Source: a virus
Strand: one strand, 5' to 3'
Virus record (IMG/VR): IMGVR_UViG_3300029535_000013
Length of the DNA: 41,169 nucleotides
Shown: one piece after another, positions 16,169-26,392 of the stretch
Layout: each line of letters begins with the position of its first letter
Position numbering within the stretch: the stretch's first letter is position 1
The notes under the pieces: model-generated
The model's input: the letters and a program-made list of their open reading frames with translations, nothing else
Told to the model about the DNA's origin: nothing
Database searches by the model: none
Made by a program: the position numbers and the translations under genes

Positions 16169-16245
16169 GCCGCTTTAGCTCAGGTTGGCAGAGCGCCGGA
16201 TTTGTAATCCGGGGGCCGTGGGTTCAAGCCCCACAGGCGGCACCA
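16169..16245 (+). tRNA. tRNA-Thr(UGU): tRNA-Thr (anticodon UGU), CCA encoded
   Basis: Acceptor GCCGCTT/AGGCGGC, D arm GCTC-AGGTTGGCA-GAGC, anticodon arm CCGGA-TTTGTAA-TCCGG, T arm GTGGG-TTCAAGC-CCCAC, discriminator A then CCA. Confidence 0.9.
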
Positions 16246-16321
16246 CACCGGCAGCACGTCCGGCAAATTAAACCTTATTGCCAAGCATGGCAGCCCGAGC
16301 ATGGGCAGAAAGGACTATCAC

Positions 16322-16909
16322 ATGGCACTCAAAAGAGCTGACATCCGCACGATTCTGGAGAACCCCGAAACCTCCAACGATGACAAGGCAAAAGCCATTC
16401 TGGACGCCCTGCACAAGGAGACGGACGAACTCAAAGACCAGCTGGATGCAGAAAAAACAGCCCGCACACAGGCCGAGAAGGACCGGGATGCAGCCAATGG
16501 CGACAAGCAGGCCGCCGAAAAGGCGCTGACCGACTACAAGGCCCAGCAGACCCAGAAGGACACCCGGGCCACGAAAGCAGCGGCATACAAGCAGCTGCTG
16601 AAGGACAATGGCGTGCTGGAAAAGCACTTTGACCGCGTTGTAAAAATGACCGGCGCGGACATCGATGCTTTGGAGCTGGACGATAACGGCAAGGTCAAGG
16701 ACGCAAAGAAGTTCATGGACAGCCAGAAAGACGTGTGGGGCGACTTTGTGGCTACAACCACGACCACCGGCGCAAAGGTGGACACCCCGCCCACCAACAC
16801 CGGCTCCAAAATGACCAAAGACCAAATTTTTGCAATCAAGGACGCTGACGAACGCCAGGCCGCGATTGCAGCAAATGCCGACCTTTTCACGGGCGGCGGA
16901 AAGGAATAA
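16322..16909 (+). CDS. scaffolding protein
   Basis: Charged coiled-coil protein directly upstream of the capsid gene. ATG 16322 has an AAAGGA RBS. ATG 16301 is an alternative start. Confidence 0.7.
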   Translation: MALKRADIRTILENPETSNDDKAKAILDALHKETDELKDQLDAEKTARTQAEKDRDAANGDKQAAEKALTDYKAQQTQKDTRATKAAAYKQLLKDNGVLEKHFDRVVKMTGADIDALELDDNGKVKDAKKFMDSQKDVWGDFVATTTTTGAKVDTPPTNTGSKMTKDQIFAIKDADERQAAIAANADLFTGGGKE

Positions 16910-16912
16910 CAC

Positions 16913-17806
16913 ATGGCAGCAAAAGAAAACCTTATCGTAACTACCGACATTACCATCAACCCCCGAGAAATCGACTTCGTCACCCGCTTCCAGCGCAACT
17001 GGCAGCATCTGCGCGACATCATGGGCATCATGCGCCCCATTCGGATGCAGCCCGGCACTACCCTCAAGAGCAAGTACGCCGAGGGTACGCTTCAGATCGG
17101 CACTGTTGCTGAGGGCGAGGAAATCCCCTACAGCAAGTTCACCGTCAAAGAAAAGACCTACGCTGACATTACTGTCGAAAAGTTCGCCAAAGCCGTCTCT
17201 CTGGAAGCCATCAAAAAGTACGGTTACGATGTCGCCGTTCAGAAGACCGATGACGAGTTCCTGTACCAGCTGACCGCGAACGTCACCGACCGCTTCTACA
17301 AGTACCTGAACACCGGCACCCTGAAAGGCACCCCCAAGACCTTCCAGATGGCTCTGGCGATGGCCAAGGGCAGCGTTGAGGACAAGTTCAAGAACATGCA
17401 CCGCACCGTCACCGGCGTCGTGGGCTTCGCCAACATTCTGGACGTGTACGAGTACCTGGGCGCGGCCAACATCACCGTCCAGAACCAGTTCGGCTTCCAG
17501 TACATCAAGGACTTCATGGGCTACAACACCATCTTCCTGCTTTCCAGCGGCGAAATCGCGCGTGGAAAGGTCATCGCAACCCCGGTGGACAACATCGTCC
17601 TGTACTATGTTGACCCCGCCGACAGCGACTTTTCCAAGGCCGGTCTGGTCTACACCACCGCGGGCGAGGCAAGCAACCTCATCGGCTTCCACACTCAGGG
17701 CAACTACCACACCGCAGTCTCTGAGAGCTTCGCCATCATGGGCATGACCCTGTTTGCTGAGTATCTGGACGGCATCTCCGTCCAGACTATCACCCCGGGC
17801 GAGTAA
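16913..17806 (+). CDS. major capsid protein
   Basis: 297 aa in the expected position after the scaffold gene. The antisense 674-aa ORF is judged spurious. Confidence 0.8.
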   Translation: MAAKENLIVTTDITINPREIDFVTRFQRNWQHLRDIMGIMRPIRMQPGTTLKSKYAEGTLQIGTVAEGEEIPYSKFTVKEKTYADITVEKFAKAVSLEAIKKYGYDVAVQKTDDEFLYQLTANVTDRFYKYLNTGTLKGTPKTFQMALAMAKGSVEDKFKNMHRTVTGVVGFANILDVYEYLGAANITVQNQFGFQYIKDFMGYNTIFLLSSGEIARGKVIATPVDNIVLYYVDPADSDFSKAGLVYTTAGEASNLIGFHTQGNYHTAVSESFAIMGMTLFAEYLDGISVQTITPGE

Positions 17807-17833
17807 TCGCCCCTTTTGAGGAGGAGGCATCCA

Positions 17834-18244
17834 ATGACCGTCCCTGAGCTGTGCGCACTGACGCACAATTTCTTTGACCGGGCAGACGACCCCATTGCGG
17901 GGGAGTTTGCCTTTGAGCCGGATACCGTTCCCGCCGGGGTAGTCCCGGGGCAGTATTTCCTTGTGTGCGGATCCATCTTTAACGATGGCGTACACAAGGC
18001 AGGGGACGGCGACCTCACCGCCGAGACATTCGCCGGGACGGTACAGCCTATGCGCGTGCCGCCTGATTTTGTGGCGCTGGCTGAAAAAATCGACGCATAC
18101 GACAAAGCACTGCCCTCTGGCGGCGTGTATGTGTCCCAGTCCTTTGCCGGGTGGTCCGGTACGATGGCTACAGGCACGGACGGCCTGCCTGCAGACGGCA
18201 AGACCCGCTATAAAACCGAGATCAATCATTGGAGGAAGATGTGA
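17834..18244 (+). CDS. structural protein in head-tail connector position
   Basis: ATG lies 6 nt after GAGGAGGAGG. Function assigned from position only. Confidence 0.45.
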   Translation: MTVPELCALTHNFFDRADDPIAGEFAFEPDTVPAGVVPGQYFLVCGSIFNDGVHKAGDGDLTAETFAGTVQPMRVPPDFVALAEKIDAYDKALPSGGVYVSQSFAGWSGTMATGTDGLPADGKTRYKTEINHWRKM

Positions 18245-18245
18245 C

Positions 18246-18614
18246 ATGGTCAATTCGTTCACTGCATCCACCGTGATGCAGAGCTTCACCAAAAAATACC
18301 GTTTTCAGACCCGCAGCTATGAGCCGGACGGCGTGGGCGGCTTTGTGTCCGGCTGGACGGACGGCCCGGAGTTTGAGGCCGTGGAGCGCCACGACACCAC
18401 CGTGGAAGCACAGGTCGCAGAGCAGGCGGCTACAGCATCTACCTATACGCTGCTGGTCAATGCCGGTGTGCCGCTGACTTTCCCGGACTACGTCAAGCGG
18501 GTGAGCGACGGGCAGACCTTTCAGGTGACGAGCGCGGCCGATGAGGGCAGCGCTCCGGAAGAATCCGGCATGGGCCTGCGGGCCGTCAAGTGCAAAAAGG
18601 CGGTGCTGCCGTAA
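18246..18614 (+). CDS. head closure / head-tail adaptor protein
   Basis: About 122 aa, with size, position and sequence character like SPP1 gp16-type proteins. Confidence 0.55.
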   Translation: MVNSFTASTVMQSFTKKYRFQTRSYEPDGVGGFVSGWTDGPEFEAVERHDTTVEAQVAEQAATASTYTLLVNAGVPLTFPDYVKRVSDGQTFQVTSAADEGSAPEESGMGLRAVKCKKAVLP

Positions 18615-18994
18615 TGGGACCGTCTGAGAGCATCAACCGGGCGCTGAACGCCTTTTTTAATAGCTTTGGCGTCCCCGGCTATCTGGAAGATAATATCCCT
18701 CCCGGCGCAGAACTGCCGTATCTGACCTACAAGCCCACCATCCCCGGCGGCTGGAACGAGTCGACATCCTTCCACGCCCGGCTGTGGTACCCCAGCAAGG
18801 GCGGCAGAACTCCCATTCTGCAAACAGAAGATACGATCAGCGCGGCCCTTGCAAATGGTTTGACCATCCAATGTGAGGGCGGCGCTATTCTTTTGGACAA
18901 AGACGATAAAGATTGGGCACAGCCACTCAACAACACGCCTGAAGGGTATCTGTGCGAATACCTTATTTTTGAACTCACACGGCTTATACCGTGA
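18614..18994 (+). CDS. tail completion / head-tail joining protein
   Basis: ATG overlaps the upstream TAA. It precedes the major tail protein gene. Confidence 0.5.
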   Translation: MGPSESINRALNAFFNSFGVPGYLEDNIPPGAELPYLTYKPTIPGGWNESTSFHARLWYPSKGGRTPILQTEDTISAALANGLTIQCEGGAILLDKDDKDWAQPLNNTPEGYLCEYLIFELTRLIP

Positions 18995-19007
18995 GTAAAG
19001 GAGCAAT

Positions 19008-19583
19008 ATGGCAAGAAAATTTTCCAAAATTTCGCAGAAAGCGTTCGAATCCATGCAGTTCAACGCAGGCATCGTGGTCAACAAGTTTGATGTAACCGGC
19101 GAGACCGAAGTTCAGGACGCAGACATTATCACTGCTACGACCGGCGGCATCACCGCGACCTGCAAGGCAAACTTCACCGATCTGGGCGCGGACGTGGACA
19201 ACGCCCAGAAGAACACCGCAGAGCTGATGCAGATCGAGGACTACGATTGCACGCTGGCCTTTACGGCCCTGAATGCCACAACGGACGTTATCAAGTTGGC
19301 GCTGGGCGCTGCGGATGTGAGTGACAAGAAGGTCACGCCCCGCATGACACTGGATCCCACTGAAAGCACCGGTGACTTTAAGGACATCTGGTGGGTTGGA
19401 GACACGCTGGATGGCGGTATGGTTGCAGTCCGGCTGATGAATGCACTGTCCACCGGCGGTTTGACCCTGAAGACGACCGACAAGGGAAAAGGCAACATTG
19501 CAGTCACCCTGACCGGCTGCCCCCGTCTGGGCAGTGACGTGGTGCCTATGGAGTGGTACTACAGCCCCAAGGCCGCAGCATAA
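19008..19583 (+). CDS. major tail protein
   Basis: 191 aa, directly upstream of the chaperone and tape-measure genes. Confidence 0.7.
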   Translation: MARKFSKISQKAFESMQFNAGIVVNKFDVTGETEVQDADIITATTGGITATCKANFTDLGADVDNAQKNTAELMQIEDYDCTLAFTALNATTDVIKLALGAADVSDKKVTPRMTLDPTESTGDFKDIWWVGDTLDGGMVAVRLMNALSTGGLTLKTTDKGKGNIAVTLTGCPRLGSDVVPMEWYYSPKAAA

Positions 19584-19595
19584 GGAGGTTACAAC

Positions 19596-20000
19596 ATGAA
19601 AACCCTGAACCAGATGGACGAAACCGAGTTCCTGCGGCGTTGCTGGCTTATCGCTGACGCGGTGTCTGACCTGCTGACCAAGACCAAAGTCATGGAGCTG
19701 CGCAAGGTCATGCCGGCTTTCAACGGCAGCGAGACCGAAGAGGAAAAGAAGCAGAAGAGGGAAGAACAGAGCCGAAAAAACCTCAAGGCAATGGCAAAAA
19801 GCCTGCTGTTCGACAACGCCGAGGCTACCGCCAAGCTGCTTCCGCTGCTCTATGAGCCAGACGTGGATAAGGACGGCAAGCCAGAGACCATGACGCCGTT
19901 TAAAACCCTGCGCGTTATCACTGCCACCATCGAGGACAAGGACGTGCTGGATTTTTTGTTATCGTTGGTGAAGCTGGGCCAGACGAGTATCGACGCCTGA
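19596..20000 (+). CDS. tail assembly chaperone (gpG-like)
   Basis: Position, acidic character, and a slippery site near the 3' end. Confidence 0.75.
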   Translation: MKTLNQMDETEFLRRCWLIADAVSDLLTKTKVMELRKVMPAFNGSETEEEKKQKREEQSRKNLKAMAKSLLFDNAEATAKLLPLLYEPDVDKDGKPETMTPFKTLRVITATIEDKDVLDFLLSLVKLGQTSIDA

Positions 20001-20266
20001 CTTCGTCCATTCGGCTCGATATGCTGCGGCTCATCGGCAAGCCCTACATCGTCCAGCACATCATGAACACCCGGCGGCAAGAGGCTATTGCTTTGAGCTA
20101 CCGGGCATACATGACGGACATGCTGGCAGACTTTGCAGGCGTGGAAGAGCGCTGGGCTGACCGGGTGGCAAGAATCATCGACCCCCGCCCCTCAGAGCCA
20201 CAGCAAAGCGCCGAAGAAGTGATACAAAGAATCAAAAATGGCTTGAATGGAGGTGAAGAAACCTGA
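19596..20266 (+). CDS. tail assembly chaperone G-T fusion via -1 programmed frameshift
   Basis: The -1 frame is open from the slippery heptamer to TGA 20264-20266. ORF 20021-20266 lies in that frame. Confidence 0.65.
19952..19958 (+). promoter_or_regulatory. -1 ribosomal slippery heptamer T TTT TTG
   Basis: The zero frame reads GAT TTT TTG, which fits the X XXY YYZ pattern. Confidence 0.7.
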
Positions 20267-20277
20267 AGCTCTTTGAA

Positions 20278-22857
20278 TTGAGCGCCACCCTCGGGCTGGA
20301 CGACAGCGCCTACCGGCAGGGCGTGGAAGAGGCGAAGTCTCAGACTAAGGCCGCTGTCTCCACCATGATGAAGGATTATAACCGGCTGTACAGTGAGGTC
20401 ATTCACCTTACGGCAGCCTACCAGAAATCACGGAGAGAGACCGGGGAATCCTCCAAAGAAACTAAGGAATTTGCCCAGAAGCTGAAAGAAGCTCAGGCCC
20501 AACTCAATACCACGGCACAGGGGCTAAGGACTGCGGAAGGGTACATGAGCAGCTTTGGGGATGCCGCATCGGGGTCCAGCAAGTCTCTGGCCGGTGCTAT
20601 TGCACAAGGCACGATCATGGCGGGCTTTTTCTCAAAGCTCCACTCTGCCGCTCTTGCCGCTGCGAAAAGTTTAATCCAGAGCGGCGTCGAGTACAACGCC
20701 CAAATCGAGAGTTACCGCGTGGGCCTGACCAATATGCTGGGCGACGCACAGGCGGCCAATGAGGCCATGAAAGCCATTCAGGAGGACGCCGCCCGCACCC
20801 CCTTTGATGTGGCGAGCCTGACACAGGCCAACCAGCTGCTTATCAGCGCCGGTGAAAACGCGGGCTACTCCCGCAAGGTCATTATGGCGCTGGGCGATGC
20901 TGTTTCGGCTGCAGGCGGTGGAAACGCAGAGCTGTCCCGCATGGCGGCAAACTTGCAGCAGATTGCCAACGTGGGCAAAGCGTCCGCTATCGACATCAAG
21001 CAGTTTGCCTATGCTGGCATCAATATCTATCAGGTTTTGGCCGACTACACCGGCAAATCGGTGCAGGATGTCCAGAGCATGACCGTCAGCTACGACCTGC
21101 TTTCTGAGGCCCTTATTGCGGCCAGCGAAGAGGGCGGGCGATATTACAACGCCATGGACACCCAAAGCCAGACCATGAATGGCCGGGTATCCACGTTGAA
21201 AGATAACGTGAGCCAGTTGGCTGGCCTTATGACCGGCGATTTGTCCAACGGCATCGGCATGGTCATCTCAAATCTTAATGATATGACTGTGGCCGCGCAG
21301 GAGGCCTACAAAACCGACGGATGGACGGGCCTTATCGGAGAGATAACCGGACTTTCCGGTGTGATCGACAAGGCAAAGTCCTCGCTTGTGGGCCTGAAAG
21401 CTGTTGCCGATTCCTTCAGAAAAGGCGAAATTTCGCTTTTTAGTGGCGACTGGGATGCTGTGTACTGGAATGCATTTAACGCTGACCAGACAACAAAACA
21501 GGGGAAAGAGGACTGGGATGAATCTCACGCTGGGATGGTGTGGGACGAGAATGACGGCTGGGTGCCTGCAAAGCCTTCTGGCAAAAGCAAAAGCTCTATT
21601 ACCACTTCGCCCACCACGACCAAACCCAAGACCGAGACTCCAACCCAAAAGCACGTCGCCGCTGATACCAAAAAGCTGGCCGATACCATCAAGGAGACCT
21701 CTCAGGAGATCCTTGCTGGTACTGGCAACATCGTTGGCAGCATCCAGCGTGTAACAGAGACTGCTGACAACACCTACAACGTCTATGACGGCACCACTAA
21801 GCAGCTCAAAGGCACAACCAAAGAGACGGTGCAGACTATCACCGACTCGTGGACTGAGGTAGTGGACGGCGTCGAAAAGACCATTAGAAAGGTCACAAAA
21901 AATGTGACCGATGCCGATGGCAAAATCACCACCACGGTCAACCAGACCTGCGACAAGGTGGTTTTGTCTGTCTCTGAGATGCAGTCTCGTATTGACAAAA
22001 ATCTCAGCGAGGCCAAGACCAAATGGCAAAACGGCATCATGGGGACGCTCCAAAGTGTGCTCACCGACCTCAAAAACGGCAACTGGACGAGCCTTGCCAC
22101 CGACTTTGCAAAGCTGATTTGGGGCGAGGTCACGCAAGAGCAGCGCAACATCATCTCCAAATGGTTTTTGGACGCCCTCACTGCTATCAACGACAGCTAT
22201 TCCGGCGGCGGTATGAGCGGCCTGAAAGATACGCTCCACAAGCTGCTCACCGATGGCATTACCTCGGACGCCAACGACGCAAAAGTGGCCGTGCAGGGCC
22301 TCTATCAAGTCATAAACGGGCTGGGCGAGTCCGGCGGCATGGGTGCCAAGCTGGCGGGCATCGCCGGAAACTTTTCTGGCATGGCTGGCGTCATTACAAA
22401 AGCTCTCAGCGGCATTGTGGGCTTTATCATAGCAAACCCCGTGGTGGCCGCTATCCTCGGTCTGACGGCCCTTGTGGGCGGCGCGGCGTTTGCCAAGTGG
22501 CGCAGCAGCCGTGATAACGACGTCACCAACAACTACAAGAGCCCCTACGGCACAACGCCGGTGTATGACTCTCTGGCAGAGTTTTCTGCCCGCGCCGACC
22601 AGCTCAACCGCTACAGCAGCGTCACCGCGTCGCCGTTTGCTGGCAGTCAGCAGGACACCACCGGCAAGCAGCAGCTCAGCGTATTGCAGCGGATCTCCAA
22701 CTCGCTGGATGAGCACCTCCCGGCTATCGGCACCGGTACGCTGGTCATCGACGCTAACGGTGTGCAGGCTCTTGCGGGTGCAATGCAGCCGACACTCACC
22801 AATGGCATTGATGGAGATTTGGGCATCCGCGCGGCCCGGAAAGCAAGAGGTGGTTAA
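20278..22857 (+). CDS. tape measure protein
   Basis: 859 aa in the expected position. TTG start per the ORF track. CTG 20263 sits closer to the GGAGGTGA RBS and is an alternative. Confidence 0.85.
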   Translation: MSATLGLDDSAYRQGVEEAKSQTKAAVSTMMKDYNRLYSEVIHLTAAYQKSRRETGESSKETKEFAQKLKEAQAQLNTTAQGLRTAEGYMSSFGDAASGSSKSLAGAIAQGTIMAGFFSKLHSAALAAAKSLIQSGVEYNAQIESYRVGLTNMLGDAQAANEAMKAIQEDAARTPFDVASLTQANQLLISAGENAGYSRKVIMALGDAVSAAGGGNAELSRMAANLQQIANVGKASAIDIKQFAYAGINIYQVLADYTGKSVQDVQSMTVSYDLLSEALIAASEEGGRYYNAMDTQSQTMNGRVSTLKDNVSQLAGLMTGDLSNGIGMVISNLNDMTVAAQEAYKTDGWTGLIGEITGLSGVIDKAKSSLVGLKAVADSFRKGEISLFSGDWDAVYWNAFNADQTTKQGKEDWDESHAGMVWDENDGWVPAKPSGKSKSSITTSPTTTKPKTETPTQKHVAADTKKLADTIKETSQEILAGTGNIVGSIQRVTETADNTYNVYDGTTKQLKGTTKETVQTITDSWTEVVDGVEKTIRKVTKNVTDADGKITTTVNQTCDKVVLSVSEMQSRIDKNLSEAKTKWQNGIMGTLQSVLTDLKNGNWTSLATDFAKLIWGEVTQEQRNIISKWFLDALTAINDSYSGGGMSGLKDTLHKLLTDGITSDANDAKVAVQGLYQVINGLGESGGMGAKLAGIAGNFSGMAGVITKALSGIVGFIIANPVVAAILGLTALVGGAAFAKWRSSRDNDVTNNYKSPYGTTPVYDSLAEFSARADQLNRYSSVTASPFAGSQQDTTGKQQLSVLQRISNSLDEHLPAIGTGTLVIDANGVQALAGAMQPTLTNGIDGDLGIRAARKARGG

Positions 22858-23364
22858 ATGGCAGCTTTACAAGGCGTCCAGCTGGGCGATTACCACACCC
22901 TCAAGGATTGGGGGCTTTACATCGTGGTGGGCGGTACGACCGTCGGCCCGGCAGAACCGGACCAGAGCCTACTCATAAAGGTGCCGTTTAGCGACCGTAT
23001 TCTGGACCTCTCCAAATCTCTGGACGGCAAAGTCCATTACACCCAGCGCAAGATAATTATCACCCTCAAGTGTGTCAAGCCAAAAAAGCTTTGGCCCAGC
23101 ATCCAGAGCGCCCTCGAAAACGCTTTGCAGGGACAGTGGCTGCGCTGCATCTTTGATGATGACCCGTCGTGGTACTGGGAGGGCTACTGGACAGTGACCC
23201 CCCAGAGCCGCGACCGGTGGGAGAATGTCTTTACCATCTCCGGCATCTGCAACCCCTACAAGGTCAACCTCACCGCTGAGGCGGGCGCTGACTGGGAGTG
23301 GGACACCTTTAACTTTGAGACAGACACTATTTATGATACGGCAACGGAGGTAAAAAGTCTGTGA
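22858..23364 (+). CDS. distal tail protein (Dit)
   Basis: 168 aa immediately after the tape measure gene. Siphovirus tail-family character. Confidence 0.75.
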   Translation: MAALQGVQLGDYHTLKDWGLYIVVGGTTVGPAEPDQSLLIKVPFSDRILDLSKSLDGKVHYTQRKIIITLKCVKPKKLWPSIQSALENALQGQWLRCIFDDDPSWYWEGYWTVTPQSRDRWENVFTISGICNPYKVNLTAEAGADWEWDTFNFETDTIYDTATEVKSL

Positions 23365-25019
23365 GTTACAAAGTCTATGCAGGCACCCAGACCGCCGTAG
23401 GCGTATGGGACACCAAAGCCTGCATCTATGACCCGACTGGCGAAGACCTGCGCACTACGGCTACGCTGCTCATCTCCCCGACTCTCACCCGTGAGGCCGG
23501 TAAGGCTGGCAGTTTTGAGTTTACACTCCCGCTGGGCAATGTTGCCCACTCGGCGCTGCAAAAGCTCAAGACCATTGTGGAGGTAGAGCAGGACGGCACG
23601 CCCATCTGGCGCGGGCGGGTCATGAGCCACGACATGGATTTTTACCTGAGACAAAAAGTGTACTGTGAGGGTGAGCTCGCGTATCTCAATGATACCGCGC
23701 TCACCCCTTATCGGTACCCAAATATCAGCATCCGGGAATTTTTGGAAAATGTCATCCGCAATCACAACAGCCAGACCGACAAATACAAAGCCTTTACGGT
23801 GGGCGATGTCACTGTTTTTGCAGAAGGCCCGCAGGAGAGCTTTCAGACGGTCTACATGCGCGGGTGCGTAGCAAAATACCATAGAGACAGCGACGACGAA
23901 GTCGACTATTGGCTAGAGGACGCTGACGGAAGATGGCTATGCGATACATCAAGTGACTATGATCTCCCAGCTGGGTACATTAACGGAGGCAGTGTGATAC
24001 GCATTGTCTCCAATGATGGCCGTGACCCTAGCAGCCCTTCCTATGTCACGACGTATACAGTGGAGCGAAACGTGGCCTACAAAAATGGCAATTTCTATTC
24101 ACTGAGTACTGTGCAGAAAGATTCGAAATACATCTACACCGTCGACACCACCCCGCTGGCGGGCTGGAGGCTGACCGATGATGGAGCGATTCAGCTCTAC
24201 AATCCCAGTACGGGAATATGGTCGGTCTGCACGGGTTACTATCTGCACGACTTCGACGCCTCGACCAACGAGGCCCTCGATTTTGGTGATGGCAAGAACT
24301 TCGGCACCACGTGGGACATCCTGCAATCCGAGCTGACGGACGTGTACGGCGGCTACCTTGTCGTGCGGTACTCAGACGACGGTAAAACGCGGTATCTGGA
24401 CTATCTTGCCGACGTAGCGGAGAGCAACACGCAGACGATCGAGTTTGGCGTAAATATGCTGGACCTCAATAACTATGTCAAGGCCGATAACATCGTCACC
24501 CGGGTCATCGCGGTAGGCTACCAGAAAAAAGGCTGGTGGATTTTTAAGAGTACCAAGACCATCCAGGAGCAGGCCGACGACAGAGCGGCACAGAGCTTCT
24601 ATGGTATTATCACCCGGGTCATTGTCATCGACGGTAAGTCGATTACAAGGCAAAAGCTGCTGGACGCTGCGAACGAAGAGCTCCGGAAAAATCTAAGATA
24701 CTATGATGGCATTGAGGTCAGCGCTATTGATTTGCGTGATGCAGGTATCAACACTGAGCGCCTGAGCTGGATGAAGAAGACCCGCATTATCTCAAAGCCT
24801 CACGGCATTGATACACCGTTGGTGTTGACCAAAATTGTCGAGCCGCTGGACGCGCCCGACAAGAAAAAGTTTACGTTTGGGACGAGTTTTTACTCTATCT
24901 CAGACCTGCAGGCCCTCAGCAGCCACAAAGCGTCTATGGCGTACAGTATCGCTTTAAGCTCTATGGGATACCTCAACGGCAATCCGATACCCACTACAAG
25001 CAAAACGTCAGCACAGTAA
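23361..25019 (+). CDS. tail-associated protein (Tal, prophage endopeptidase tail family N-terminal region)
   Basis: AGSFEFTLPL...IVEVEQDGTPIWRGRVMSH...VYCEGELAYLNDT matches the prophage tail endopeptidase pattern. Confidence 0.75.
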   Translation: MSYKVYAGTQTAVGVWDTKACIYDPTGEDLRTTATLLISPTLTREAGKAGSFEFTLPLGNVAHSALQKLKTIVEVEQDGTPIWRGRVMSHDMDFYLRQKVYCEGELAYLNDTALTPYRYPNISIREFLENVIRNHNSQTDKYKAFTVGDVTVFAEGPQESFQTVYMRGCVAKYHRDSDDEVDYWLEDADGRWLCDTSSDYDLPAGYINGGSVIRIVSNDGRDPSSPSYVTTYTVERNVAYKNGNFYSLSTVQKDSKYIYTVDTTPLAGWRLTDDGAIQLYNPSTGIWSVCTGYYLHDFDASTNEALDFGDGKNFGTTWDILQSELTDVYGGYLVVRYSDDGKTRYLDYLADVAESNTQTIEFGVNMLDLNNYVKADNIVTRVIAVGYQKKGWWIFKSTKTIQEQADDRAAQSFYGIITRVIVIDGKSITRQKLLDAANEELRKNLRYYDGIEVSAIDLRDAGINTERLSWMKKTRIISKPHGIDTPLVLTKIVEPLDAPDKKKFTFGTSFYSISDLQALSSHKASMAYSIALSSMGYLNGNPIPTTSKTSAQ

Positions 25020-25030
25020 AGGAGTAAATC

Positions 25031-26392
25031 ATGGCAAGTTTTGATGAGATCGTGAGCAAAATGACGGCAGCCATCAAGGGCGTCCGTGAGGCTGTGCTGG
25101 GCAAGGATGTGCGCGAGTTTATCGCCAGCGGCTATGAGAGCGTGCTGGATGCTTATAAGCAGCTTGATGGGAATGCGAAGCAGCTAAAGGAAAATGTGGC
25201 TGATATAAATAGTAGATTTTCAAGATACAATCTTTTTGATAAAGATACTGCAAGCATTGTAGATATAATGTGCAATGATTCTCTTGTATTTATTTCCCCT
25301 GGTGTGCAGTCTATAATTTGGAAATGCGAGCCAAATACTACATACACAATCTCGTGGACTGGTATTAGCGGTAACAACAGATACATTATTTATACTTCGA
25401 AGGAAAAGCCAATTGTTGATAAATTATCAAAGGCATTGCGAAAAATAGAGATGTCTAATACTGTTAGTGGTTCAAACAGACATTATACAACAATTACAAC
25501 AACGAGCGAAGAAAACTATCTCCTGCTGTATTTCTGGATGTACGCAAGTGGAGGTAATGCTACACTTGACACAATGCAGATTTCAACTGGAAATCGGTTG
25601 CTCGATTATGTTCCTTATTCGGACTACGAAATGCCAAATTTGAAACTTGTGCCACACCAGTTTGATGATATCACTATTAATATAACAAACTGCACTGATG
25701 AAATGGCAAACCTGTTGGGTCGCCGAAATCTTGGTGCATTGGACAAGGGATATATTTGCCTTGTTGCTGATGATGGATATGCAAAAGTCAGCAACGTTAC
25801 ATTTCCGATAGCTAAAGAAAAGAATATCCCAATCACACTTGCATTATGGACAGATTCTGAAGTTGTTACAAATCCAACATTGCTTGCAGAGCTAAGAACA
25901 ATGATTGCTAATAACAATATCGGAATATGCCAGCATGGTGTAGGGCGTTTTACAGATTATTCGCCTAAAGAACTTTACAATTATCTTATCAGCGAAAAAG
26001 ACAAATGGGTAAATCTTTCGCTAAATGTAGCGGGAGTTGCATATCCCAATCATAGCAGAAACGAGCAAGTTAGAACTATTTGCGGTGCATTATACGGTGT
26101 ATGTTGCAGTGGTGGTCCGACACGCCCTATGGTTTACTCGCATGACACAAACGGCGCAAGGTCAAATATTTTTGATTTATACAGGATATCATTATACAGC
26201 GAGAATGAAAACTATCTAAAGGGCGCTTGCGATTTTGCAAACTCAAATAAAAAATTGGTAATTATCTTTTGGCATGACAGTGATATTTATGGTGACGATG
26301 ACCAAATTAACAAATTGAAGAACGTAATAGATTATGCGAAAACTATCGGACTTACATTTGTAAATGTAGGAGATATTCCACTAATTAACTAA
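25031..26392 (+). CDS. receptor-binding / tail fibre protein with C-terminal polysaccharide deacetylase-like domain
   Basis: The GC-rich N-terminal anchor (about aa 1-55) is followed by an AT-rich body. Motifs ICLVADDGY, CQHG, VAYPNH and VIIFWHD resemble a NodB/CE4 fold. Confidence 0.65.
   Translation: MASFDEIVSKMTAAIKGVREAVLGKDVREFIASGYESVLDAYKQLDGNAKQLKENVADINSRFSRYNLFDKDTASIVDIMCNDSLVFISPGVQSIIWKCEPNTTYTISWTGISGNNRYIIYTSKEKPIVDKLSKALRKIEMSNTVSGSNRHYTTITTTSEENYLLLYFWMYASGGNATLDTMQISTGNRLLDYVPYSDYEMPNLKLVPHQFDDITINITNCTDEMANLLGRRNLGALDKGYICLVADDGYAKVSNVTFPIAKEKNIPITLALWTDSEVVTNPTLLAELRTMIANNNIGICQHGVGRFTDYSPKELYNYLISEKDKWVNLSLNVAGVAYPNHSRNEQVRTICGALYGVCCSGGPTRPMVYSHDTNGARSNIFDLYRISLYSENENYLKGACDFANSNKKLVIIFWHDSDIYGDDDQINKLKNVIDYAKTIGLTFVNVGDIPLIN

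Noticed and set aside
16268-18292. 674-aa minus-strand ORF, the longest ORF in this region of the track
   Set aside because: It lies entirely antisense to the scaffold, capsid and connector genes, which have RBSs, tight coupling and recognisable products. It has no RBS. Its G/A/V/H/R-rich composition is typical of the stop-poor antisense frame of GC-rich coding DNA.
21268-22716. 482-aa minus-strand ORF inside the tape measure gene
   Set aside because: It is antisense to an 859-aa tape measure ORF in the canonical position, with no independent signals.
23361-26392. Diversity-generating retroelement targeting the tail fibre
   Set aside because: There is no reverse transcriptase gene anywhere in the window, and I saw no template/variable repeat pair near the 3' ends of the Tal or receptor-binding genes.
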